IMG/VR virus record: IMGVR_UViG_3300040781_000350
Source of the DNA: a virus
Lineage: Duplodnaviria > Heunggongvirae > Uroviricota > Caudoviricetes
Length of the DNA stretch: 64,000 bases
Strand: one strand, 5' to 3'
Below, piece by piece: positions 38,590 through 46,111 of the stretch. The translations under genes and the position numbers were made by a program. The notes below the pieces were generated by a model. The model had not been told where the DNA came from. It worked only from the letters and a program-made list of their open reading frames with translations, and did no database searches. Each line of letters starts with the position of its first letter. The first letter of the stretch is position 1.

Positions 38590-38664
38590 CTGTTGACGGC
38601 TAGTGAGCCGGTATAAACACCTAACCAGTGTAAATGCGAAAAGTTGGTCACTTATTATTAACGG
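38590..38664 (+). ncRNA. unassigned pseudoknotted RNA motif, copy 2
   Basis: see 36595-36709. Confidence 0.6.
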
Positions 38665-38750
38665 TAAAACGGGTGCGTTGCAACCCCTTAACGAGTAATG
38701 TCGAAGTGTTTCTTCAAAAGCGGAGGGCTGATAAAGCGTGACACATTTAT

Positions 38751-38872
38751 GGGGCTAGTGGTCAGATGAAAAAAATCATCAGATGGTAAAACTAAGCCGG
38801 ACAGGACAGCTCATGATAAGTAGTCTGAGTATACGACGTATCGTGTCGGTGAAAATCCAACCTACCCCACCA
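38751..38872 (+). ncRNA. CCA-ended tRNA-like RNA with inserts (CAU-containing loop)
   Basis: GGGG..TAG/CTACCCC acceptor, GTCGG-TGAAAAT-CCAAC T-arm, ACCA. Confidence 0.5.
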
Positions 38873-38889
38873 TTTGATTAAATATTATT

Positions 38890-39333
38890 ATGATATTGAC
38901 ATCATCACAGTTATACAAAAAAGTTCAGGACGAATTCCATAATGCTGGTGTATATTTAACAGATGTTAGTTATGTAACACCTGACCGTAATTGGTTACAA
39001 GGTAAATTTTATTCTACATTTCGTAGAAACTTAACACAAAACAAACTTTATCAGTGGAGAACATATCATGATTGTGATAATAAAGCAAATAAATATTGGC
39101 AGTTCGCATGTGATTGTCATGCATTAACGATGATGTTAAGAGAGAAGCAAGGTAAACAAATTTATGAAGGTATTGCTGTTGGTGTTTTCTTTTTTAAACA
39201 AGAGACCCGATTTGGTCATGCAGTTAATTTTGCAGTCACTGAAAAAGGTATCGAGTTCATCGAACCGCAGAACGGTAGATTTATAACTTTAACACAAGAT
39301 GAAAAGGATACAGCATGGTACGCAATTTTTTAA
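38890..39333 (+). CDS. papain-like cysteine protease domain (agglutinin C-terminal/MOA-related)
   Basis: HDCDNKA...HAVNFA...FIEPQN (Cys-His-Glu). Confidence 0.6.
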   Translation: MILTSSQLYKKVQDEFHNAGVYLTDVSYVTPDRNWLQGKFYSTFRRNLTQNKLYQWRTYHDCDNKANKYWQFACDCHALTMMLREKQGKQIYEGIAVGVFFFKQETRFGHAVNFAVTEKGIEFIEPQNGRFITLTQDEKDTAWYAIF

Positions 39334-39479
39334 TTTTTATAATAGTTTGTACAATAACATTAGGTGCATTGGTAGGGTGTAAAACGACTGAACAACACAC
39401 CACAACAGATGATGTTGATTACTCAGCAACTCCATATGATTTCAAACCTGATGTTGTAATAGAAGCAGAATATGAATAG
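39315..39479 (+). CDS. small lipoprotein (54 aa), absent from the ORF track
   Basis: MVRNFLIFIIVCTITLGALVGC lipobox. Confidence 0.6.
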   Translation: MVRNFLIFIIVCTITLGALVGCKTTEQHTTTDDVDYSATPYDFKPDVVIEAEYE

Positions 39480-39864
39480 ACAAAAACCATTTCAATCTAA
39501 GAAGTTTATTGCACTTACAGTTGGTGCGACATTCACAACCTTATTTACTTTAATCGGGCTAATTATAATTGCATTAGTACCAGTTGCATCAAGTGCGGTT
39601 GTTAATTTGATGACCGTTAGTTTAGCATCAATTAACGGCGTTATTGGTTTATATGCAGTTGGTCAATCTGCTGTTGACTGGAAGGTAAATTCAACCCATA
39701 ATACGTCGCAAGAAAATAAGATCGTCGAACAAAGAAAGAAGCTTATTCTTGAAGCTAAAGATCGTGAGATGAAATATGATGGTATCGATGATGGTATTGA
39801 TTGGGATTTAGTAGATGAAAGTGATATACAAGGTGATGGTATTGATATCACAATAAACAAATAA
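39472..39864 (+). CDS. membrane protein (2 TM)
   Basis: SKKFIAL followed by two hydrophobic helices and an acidic tail. Confidence 0.6.
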   Translation: MNRQKPFQSKKFIALTVGATFTTLFTLIGLIIIALVPVASSAVVNLMTVSLASINGVIGLYAVGQSAVDWKVNSTHNTSQENKIVEQRKKLILEAKDREMKYDGIDDGIDWDLVDESDIQGDGIDITINK

Positions 39865-39872
39865 TTTTATAT

Positions 39873-39949
39873 CGGGATATGGCGTAGTCTGGCATCGCGC
39901 TCCGTTTGGGACGGAGAGACCGGGGGTTCGAATCCCTCTATCCCGACCA
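39873..39949 (+). tRNA. trnP: tRNA-Pro(UGG)
   Basis: C1-G72, CTCCG-TTTGGGA-CGGAG, CCA. Confidence 0.92.
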
Positions 39950-40050
39950 TTTACTAAAAAATCGTAACAGGTTTACAAACTGAACCGGCCTGGCAAATCA
40001 GTTTTCCGCATGAGTTTTAATTCGATTTCTCGTGCAACAATTTTTATAAT

Positions 40051-40126
40051 GCCTAGGTGGTAGAGCGGCTATACGGCTGTCTGCAAAACAGCGTCGACGT
40101 GAGTTCAAATCTCACCCTAGGCTCCA
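40051..40126 (+). tRNA. trnC: tRNA-Cys(GCA)
   Basis: GCTGT-CTGCAAA-ACAGC, U73, CCA. Confidence 0.9.
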
Positions 40127-40131
40127 TTTAT

Positions 40132-40205
40132 GGGCTGTTAGTTGAGCGGTGCAACGCTTTCCTGATTAGAGAGAGACCCAGGTTCGAGTCCTGGACGGCC
40201 TACCA
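40132..40205 (+). tRNA. trnI: tRNA-Ile(GAU), third copy
   Basis: loop CTGATTA, T-arm, CCA. Confidence 0.75.
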
Positions 40206-40210
40206 TTTAT

Positions 40211-40286
40211 GGCTCTATGGTGTAAAGGATTAACATAATTGCCTTCTAAGCTATTGCTCTGGGTTCGAGTCCCAGTGGAGCTACCA
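40211..40286 (+). tRNA. trnR: tRNA-Arg(UCU)
   Basis: loop CTTCTAA, CCA. Confidence 0.88.
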
Positions 40287-40290
40287 TTTT

Positions 40291-40425
40291 ACAATCAAGG
40301 CGCATCCTAATATAGCTATAAGGGTCCCGCGCCAAAAAAGTCGGACATGTATACCTCTGGCGACCGACCAATGTTTGGAAGAAACTGCTTCGGGCTCGAT
40401 ACCTGAATGAGCGGTTCTCGATTGT
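40291..40425 (+). ncRNA. unassigned structured RNA (~135 nt)
   Basis: closing ACAATC/GATTGT; internal GGCGC/GCGCC, GTCGG/CCGAC, AACTGCT/AGCGGTT stems. Confidence 0.5.
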
Positions 40426-40436
40426 AATTAATTTAT

Positions 40437-40512
40437 TGCTCTGTGGTGTAGTGGAATATCACGCTAGGATCTGACCCTAGAAATCTCAGTTCGATTCTGA
40501 GCAGAGCTGCCA
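40437..40512 (+). tRNA. trnQ: tRNA-Gln(CUG)
   Basis: CTAGG-ATCTGAC-CCTAG, G73, CCA. Confidence 0.85.
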
Positions 40513-40518
40513 TTTTAT

Positions 40519-40592
40519 TGGTTCATGGTGTAATGGTAGCACACGATCTTTTGGTGGTCGTTGTGGGGGTTCAAATCCCTCTGAACCTGGCA
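40519..40592 (+). tRNA. trnQ: tRNA-Gln(UUG), second copy
   Basis: loop TTTTGGT, G73, ends GCA. Confidence 0.8.
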
Positions 40593-40619
40593 TTTAAGGA
40601 ACAACTGTATAATCTGGTT

Positions 40620-40853
40620 ATGAGAGAATTTAAAATGTTATCGAGAGTAGAGCTAGAGAAGATGCCAAAACATCGAATTAAAGCTTATCGACAGACAGTT
40701 TACAAACAGATAAACAGAAATGTTGTAAAATATGTTTGTTGTGAAATCTGTAAAGAAAGATATCGACCTGATGAAATCATAGATAAGCAAAAACATGAAG
40801 AATTGCATGCATATCTTGATGTGGTGAATACAATCTTTGAAAGCAAAGGTTAA
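40620..40853 (+). CDS. hypothetical protein (CCEIC motif)
   Basis: ATG 40620 right after GGAAC-N5-TATAAT (40598-40613). Confidence 0.6.
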   Translation: MREFKMLSRVELEKMPKHRIKAYRQTVYKQINRNVVKYVCCEICKERYRPDEIIDKQKHEELHAYLDVVNTIFESKG

Positions 40854-41038
40854 TTTCCGTGGTGTTATGACTTATGACCACGCTAAAAAACATTAGTCCG
40901 GGCTCCGAAACGCCGAGTACGATAGAAGGGATGCGTTTCGTTGATGGTGTACGTAAACCCAGCTGGACCTGGCCAGCGACATAGCAGGCATGCTATAATC
41001 AAAACTGAGATGCGTGAAAAACATTTCTTTCCAGGAAA
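40854..41038 (+). ncRNA. unassigned structured RNA (~185 nt)
   Basis: closing TTTCC.TGG/CCAGGAAA, GC-richer than coding DNA, no ORF. Confidence 0.4.
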
Positions 41039-41049
41039 AATTTATTAAT

Positions 41050-41123
41050 GCCGGATGAGACTAATTGGGATGTCTGTTAGAGATAGAATCTAACGATGCG
41101 GGTTCGAATCCTGCTCCGCCATC
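41050..41123 (+). pseudogene. degenerate tRNA-Leu(UAG)-like
   Basis: GTTAGA-GATAGAA-TCTAAC, T-arm, no CCA. Confidence 0.5.
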
Positions 41124-41128
41124 TATTT

Positions 41129-41357
41129 ATGATATCAGAAAAAAACGAAAAAGAAAATAAGTCGACTTGCAGAGATTAATGCAGCTGCATCAATGATACC
41201 AGTTGGTGAAGAATTACGCAATGAGAGACAAAAGATTGTTAATCAATTGAAAGGTAAAAAGCTGATTAAGCTCGAAAAGCATGGTAATTTCAGTTTTATT
41301 GGTGATTATAAAGAAGAATTAACACAACATTACGTTGATTTTTATAAAAATTTTTAA
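41129..41357 (+). pseudogene. hypothetical protein with +1 frameshift in an A7 run (or sequencing error)
   Basis: removing one A gives MISEKTKKKISRLAEINAAASMIP...FYKNF*. Confidence 0.5.
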
Positions 41358-41358
41358 T

Positions 41359-41418
41359 GGGCGGTTCGCATAGCGGCTATTGCACCTCTTTTACAAGGAG
41401 GCACCTCGTGAGTTCGAT
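41359..41418 (+). pseudogene. 5' part of tRNA-Val(UAC) truncated in the T-loop
   Basis: D-arm and CCTCT-TTTACAA-GGAGG intact, breaks after GTGAG-TTCGAT. Confidence 0.75.
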
Positions 41419-41440
41419 AGTTTTTTGATTAAATAATTGT

Positions 41441-42100
41441 ATGAACTACCAAAACATATACAATTCTCTAATTCAAAAACGATTAAAAGAACCTGCCACA
41501 GGTTACACAGAAAAGCATCATATCATTCCAAAATCTTTGGGCGGCTCAGATGATCTATCCAATTTGGTAGTTCTAAGCGGAAGAGAACACTGGGTTGCCC
41601 ATTTACTTTTATACAAGATTCATAAATGTTCTAAAATGGCTCATGCTTGTAATATGATGTCAATGAGATGTAATGAACGTGGTATTCCGAAGATACGAAA
41701 TAGTAGAATGTATCAAATGATTAGAACTATCTGCATCGAAAACATGCGATTTGATATGAGTATAAAACAGAAAGGTGATAAAAACTCTCAATATGGTACT
41801 ATATGGATTTGTAATAAAAAATTACAACAGAATAGAAAGATTTCAAAAGATGAACAAATACCAAATGGATGGATAAAAGGTCGCAACAAATGGGTACCAA
41901 AATGGCGACCGACACCTGGAAAAACATATACACGTAACAAAAAATACACCAAAACATGTAAAACATGTCAAGGTATGTTTAAAACAACACTTTCATCACA
42001 AACATTTTGTTCAAAAACATGTATAAGACCAACCGACACAGCTCGTAACAACATGTCAACTGCTCAAAAGAAAAGATTTTCAAATGCTCGCGTCGCATAG
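41441..42100 (+). mobile_element. HNH homing endonuclease (MobE/I-TevIII-like)
   Basis: MNYQNIYNSLI...EKHHIIPKSLGGSDDLSNLVVLSGREHWVAHLLL. Confidence 0.9.
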
Positions 42101-42171
42101 TGGCTAGTGCACCTCCTTTACACGGAGAGCTCCTGAAAAGGTCGCAGGTTCGAGTCCTGCCGCGAGTACCA
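42086..42171 (+). tRNA. trnV: tRNA-Val(UAC), enlarged variable arm
   Basis: CTCC-TTTACAC-GGAG, CCA. Confidence 0.88.
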
Positions 42172-42368
42172 TTTGTACTCGGGCTTAAACATAGCACCCT
42201 TCTACGGGCTGGTCCTGAAACATTGTAGATATATGCAGTGGGTGAGTAAAAATCTCACTGAGTAGACATTTTATCTGTTGAAGCGTTCGAATCGTGTTCT
42301 GCAGGGTTGATATCACTGCAACCTTTGAGATTAATTACCTCTGTGGAAAGGCAACAGACATTTTATAT

Positions 42369-42456
42369 GGGGGTGTGGCGAAATTGGTAGCACGCGGTAG
42401 CCTTAGAAGCTATTAGGAGAAATCCTGTGAGGGTTCGACCCCCTCTGCCCCTACCA
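42369..42456 (+). tRNA. trnL: tRNA-Leu(UAG)
   Basis: GTAGC-CTTAGAA-GCTAT, class II, CCA. Confidence 0.92.
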
Positions 42457-42457
42457 T

Positions 42458-42485
42458 TTGATTATATCAGGAACACATGTATAAT
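42458..42485 (+). promoter_or_regulatory. GGAAC-class promoter
   Basis: TTGATT-N16-TATAAT with GGAAC at 42470-42474. Confidence 0.75.
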
Positions 42486-42490
42486 AACGT

Positions 42491-42739
42491 ATGGAAATTA
42501 CAATACCGTATACACAACATATAACACATCATCTTTCTGATGGTGATATGAAATCAATTGCACGATCGTATATCAGAAAACGATATGATATCCCGTTCGG
42601 TGCTTTCATTCACAACGGTAAAGTTATGGTGACGGAAGAAGTTTGTACATCTCATCGATTTGATGTTGATAAGGAAATTCGTCCTGCAACAAAACAAGAT
42701 TTTGATATAATTGAAATTCTTGATACTATTTTAGATTAA
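42491..42739 (+). CDS. hypothetical protein
   Basis: 82 aa ORF directly after the promoter. Confidence 0.65.
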   Translation: MEITIPYTQHITHHLSDGDMKSIARSYIRKRYDIPFGAFIHNGKVMVTEEVCTSHRFDVDKEIRPATKQDFDIIEILDTILD

Positions 42740-42741
42740 AT

Positions 42742-42826
42742 GGCCAGGTGGCGAAATTGGTAGCACGCGGCAGCTTAAGGGGTTGCTGGTCGAAAGACCG
42801 TGCGGGTTCGAGTCCCGCTCTGGCTA
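42742..42826 (+). tRNA. trnL: tRNA-Leu(AAG)
   Basis: GCAGC-TTAAGGG-GTTGC, Leu-type D and V arms, A73, no CCA. Confidence 0.82.
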
Positions 42827-42837
42827 CTTTTTAATAT

Positions 42838-43035
42838 ATGAAAATAACAGATAAACAACGAATGGATTGGTTAGTAAGCAAATATGTAGAGGTTCGACAA
42901 CCTGCTAGATACGGCTCATTTCCTCTCTTCCACGCTCAAGATGTAAGCGATATTGAAGATGATGAATATATTTCAGATTTACGTAATCAAATTGATCATG
43001 AAATTTGTAATATAAAAGAAACACAGTTACAATAA
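42838..43035 (+). CDS. hypothetical protein
   Basis: 65 aa ORF, TDKQRMDWL motif. Confidence 0.55.
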   Translation: MKITDKQRMDWLVSKYVEVRQPARYGSFPLFHAQDVSDIEDDEYISDLRNQIDHEICNIKETQLQ

Positions 43036-43074
43036 CAACACGGTAATGAAACCGTAACAAAAATAAACAAAATT

Positions 43075-44544
43075 ATGTTAGTAAGTCAAGAAACAGCAGA
43101 CAAAATGTATAACAAGAATGGTAAGCTTTACAAAAGTTTTGCTCTTCTTTTTTCAAATAGTATTTGGAACAAATCGGTACCAAACGGTTTCCCAATCTGT
43201 CCATATTTTTGGATGTCGCTTTTTAGTATGGTTTTATTCGTACCATTCATCGAAATGCCAGTGAAATATGTCGTTAAACCATTATCACGAGGCCTTTGGA
43301 AATTGTTCATGTATTGTATTATCGCTCCAATCTCAGCTATGTGTACAAAATGTAACGTCCCGCTAAACGAACGCGGTGCAAAATTACTTGCAAATAGTAT
43401 ATTAGCTATTTGGGGCTTAAGTTTGTATACATTGTTGTCCGCAACTGTGATTCAAACCGGTATTGCAGGTTTTATTACACCGTTTTATCTTCTACATGCT
43501 TTATTTATTGGTTTGTTTGTAGCAGAGTATTATAATTTTAGTGATCATAGCAACTTTAAACAGCATTGGATTTACCCAGCGTTGTTTATAGTTGGAGCAA
43601 TTATTATTAGTACAATCTTCACACCATATGCCATTCCAGCTCTTTTTAGCGGTACATGGTTAGCGATTTCATCATTAGTAGGATTATTCATTACTGTAGT
43701 TGCTTACTTTGCAGTTCTAGCATTTGATGTTGCTGTGATTGTATTTAGTTGGGCTGGCGGACAGTTATCAGATCTACTTCCTGTAATTCTATTAGGCGCA
43801 GGTGGTATTGCAATTTTAAGCGTTCTCGGTTACATAGCTGAACGTTACTTGTATAATGTTGATGCAGTTGCAGCACAAAACCAAAAACGAGATTACAGTC
43901 ATTTATGGACGCAGTTGTTTTTTGATATTACAAAAAATGAAGTTCGTATAGATGAAGTAGTGTTCCAAATGATTAAAAACAAAGTTGTAACACATGGTGA
44001 ACCAGCAATTTTAACAAACTATAAAGTAAAAATTGTTCTACATGATATAGTTAAAAAATATTACAAACATTATATTAAAGAGCTGGAGCACATCAATCCA
44101 GCAAGAACAAAGTTGTATGAGTCACGTAAAAAGTCAAGTCATTTTTACGCTAATTCAGATGATGAAGCAATCATTGGGAAAGAAGCTGTAGAAATACTTT
44201 CCAAAGCTCAAAATGTACTTGACCTGCTTTATACCATTACTTGGGACATTAGTGATAAAAAGGATAATGAGATCTTCAAGAAAAGTGTAAAACAATCTTG
44301 TGAAAAGTTGTTAAACACTACTGAATATGTAAACGAGATGAATTCAATTAAGAAGAAAATTGAATCAAAAAGTGAACGACGTAAGATGATTGAGGAGCAA
44401 TGTGAATCATTTTGCAACAAAGTTGTAGTACCGATTCAAAACAAAGCAAAGTTTGTCAAAAGTTGGTTTGCTCTTGGTTGGTCACTTGTTAAGAAGAAAA
44501 AATCCGAAGCATGTCCATACTTTACATTTAAAGACAGCGAGTAA
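43075..44544 (+). CDS. multi-pass membrane protein of unknown function
   Basis: 489 aa, about 7-8 hydrophobic segments in the N-terminal half. Confidence 0.75.
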   Translation: MLVSQETADKMYNKNGKLYKSFALLFSNSIWNKSVPNGFPICPYFWMSLFSMVLFVPFIEMPVKYVVKPLSRGLWKLFMYCIIAPISAMCTKCNVPLNERGAKLLANSILAIWGLSLYTLLSATVIQTGIAGFITPFYLLHALFIGLFVAEYYNFSDHSNFKQHWIYPALFIVGAIIISTIFTPYAIPALFSGTWLAISSLVGLFITVVAYFAVLAFDVAVIVFSWAGGQLSDLLPVILLGAGGIAILSVLGYIAERYLYNVDAVAAQNQKRDYSHLWTQLFFDITKNEVRIDEVVFQMIKNKVVTHGEPAILTNYKVKIVLHDIVKKYYKHYIKELEHINPARTKLYESRKKSSHFYANSDDEAIIGKEAVEILSKAQNVLDLLYTITWDISDKKDNEIFKKSVKQSCEKLLNTTEYVNEMNSIKKKIESKSERRKMIEEQCESFCNKVVVPIQNKAKFVKSWFALGWSLVKKKKSEACPYFTFKDSE

Positions 44545-44600
44545 AAGAGCAACAATGTAATTTCAAGGCGCTTGGTATAAATATCAAGCACCTTTTTCAT

Positions 44601-44686
44601 AGAGAGTAAACTTGCCAGGGTGCAGGGACTGTTTGCTAAACAGATCGGGCGTTAATTCGTCTACGGTTCAAGTCCGTTGCTCTCTG
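44601..44686 (+). tRNA. trnS: tRNA-Ser(GCU)
   Basis: CTGT-TTGCTAA-ACAG, long V-arm, G73. Confidence 0.85.
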
Positions 44687-44701
44687 CGGAATTTCAAAAC
44701 A

Positions 44702-44717
44702 GGAACACATTTATAAT
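44702..44717 (+). promoter_or_regulatory. GGAAC-class promoter of the suppressor tRNA/pth2 unit
   Basis: GGAAC ACATT TATAAT. Confidence 0.7.
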
Positions 44718-44729
44718 AAGGTATGAAAC

Positions 44730-44806
44730 GCATTAATAGTTCAGTTGGCAGAACGGGCGCCTCTAAAACGCTGTCGTCGCGGGTTCGAGTCCCGCTTAAT
44801 GCACCA
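44730..44806 (+). tRNA. amber suppressor tRNA (CUA)
   Basis: perfect 7-bp acceptor, D-arm GTTC/GAAC, loop CTCTAAA, T-arm, A73, CCA. Confidence 0.88.
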
Positions 44807-44949
44807 TTTTTGACAGGTAAGCCGGTGATGAAACATTATCTTCAACTTAAAAATGAAGATGGTACACCAAACGGTAAATATTTGGTAATATCTGATAACG
44901 TTTATCAGAAGATACTTGAAGCAGTAACATAAAATAATAAATAAATACA

Positions 44950-45312
44950 ATGACATAGAAAAATATATACGCAGTGGTTCGACATGACCTTAATATGTCC
45001 GCAGGTAAGATCGCTTCTCAAGCAGGTCATGCCTATTTAGATTCATATCTAAAAAATCCTGATACAGAGTATCTAAACAATCCAACTAAGATTTGCCTAG
45101 GAGCAAATGAAACAGAGTTGGAGAAAGTATGCCATAAATGTGAGATGCTTGACATCCCGCATTCCAAAATTATTGATCCAGACTTTACAATTGCTGGAAA
45201 CAACGTAATTCGCAACGAGAACAACCAAGAACCAGCATTTACTGCAGTAGGCATCGGTCCTATTGCTAAGCAAGATGTAAAACGAGTTCTTAGCAACCTC
45301 AAACTACTTTAA
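44950..45312 (+). CDS. pth2: peptidyl-tRNA hydrolase type 2, with in-frame TAG at codon 3
   Basis: VVRHDLNMSAGKIASQAGHA and TAVGIGP motifs; ATG ACA TAG AAA AAT ATA TAC GCA GTG is in frame with the tracked GTG 44974. Confidence 0.85.
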
Positions 45313-45313
45313 T

Positions 45314-45346
45314 ATGACATAGAATAATAGATACAAACCTCCATAA
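45314..45346 (+). CDS. mini-ORF M-T-amber-N-N-R-Y-K-P-P-ochre
   Basis: ATG ACA TAG AAT AAT AGA TAC AAA CCT CCA TAA, starting 1 nt after the pth2 stop. Confidence 0.55.
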
Positions 45347-45406
45347 TCGTTAATTGTCTTGGAAACTAAACAAAAACAATACAATTAAAAAACAAAAGGA
45401 AACAAA

Positions 45407-45736
45407 ATGATTAACGAAAATATGAAAGAAACAGTCGAAAGACTAACAAACGATAACGCACTCGACTTTGGAAGCAAAGAAGAGTATCTAACCTGGAGAA
45501 AGAATTGGAAAGAACGATTTAATCGAACTTCTCAAATTATTCGAAAGTTGAAGAATGATCGCAAGGTCGTTCACTTCGATCCAAATATCAAACTAACAAA
45601 GGAAGATGAGGCTTATATCAAAGACCACATCACAACTTATAGCTGGGATCGAATTGAATCTGCACAAGCAAAAGTCAGACATATGATTTGTGAGCTTATT
45701 GCAGCACGAGAAATCTATAAAAAGAAAATTGCTTAA
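45407..45736 (+). CDS. hypothetical protein
   Basis: 109 aa, EYLTWRKNWKERF motif. Confidence 0.7.
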   Translation: MINENMKETVERLTNDNALDFGSKEEYLTWRKNWKERFNRTSQIIRKLKNDRKVVHFDPNIKLTKEDEAYIKDHITTYSWDRIESAQAKVRHMICELIAAREIYKKKIA

Positions 45737-45739
45737 GAT

Positions 45740-45773
45740 AAAGGGGCTGTAGTCAATCTGCAGCCCCTTTCCT
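45740..45773 (+). terminator. rho-independent terminator
   Basis: AAAGGGGCTGTAG-TCAAT-CTGCAGCCCCTTT. Confidence 0.8.
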
Positions 45774-45800
45774 TTACAGGAACAATGTTATAATACGAAT

Positions 45801-46016
45801 ATGAAAACGTCATCAGTAGCAGATATTTTAGGGCTTAACGATCCGAAACCTAGAGAAGTTGAGCGTAATCGAAAAGGTACAATGACGTATGATCATAAGA
45901 CGGGTGGTTCTTTGCAAGTTTTTACAAATGAGAGTTGGAATCGAAACAAACATTATTATGTACCTAACGGTGCTCGTAGTGCAGTTAAGAACTTTAGCAA
46001 GTCAATTTGCGCCTAA
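45801..46016 (+). CDS. hypothetical protein
   Basis: follows GGAAC-N5-TATAAT at 45779-45794. Confidence 0.6.
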   Translation: MKTSSVADILGLNDPKPREVERNRKGTMTYDHKTGGSLQVFTNESWNRNKHYYVPNGARSAVKNFSKSICA

Positions 46017-46025
46017 ATATTTATA

Positions 46026-46103
46026 TCAGATACGCGGCCTAGTAGGCAGAGGCACCCGCCTGTGACGCGGGGGAAGTGGGTTCGAATCCCACCGATCTGA
46101 CCA
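46026..46103 (+). tRNA. trnH: tRNA-His(GUG)
   Basis: CCCGC-CTGTGAC-GCGGG, T-arm, CCA. Confidence 0.8.
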
Positions 46104-46111
46104 TTTTATTT

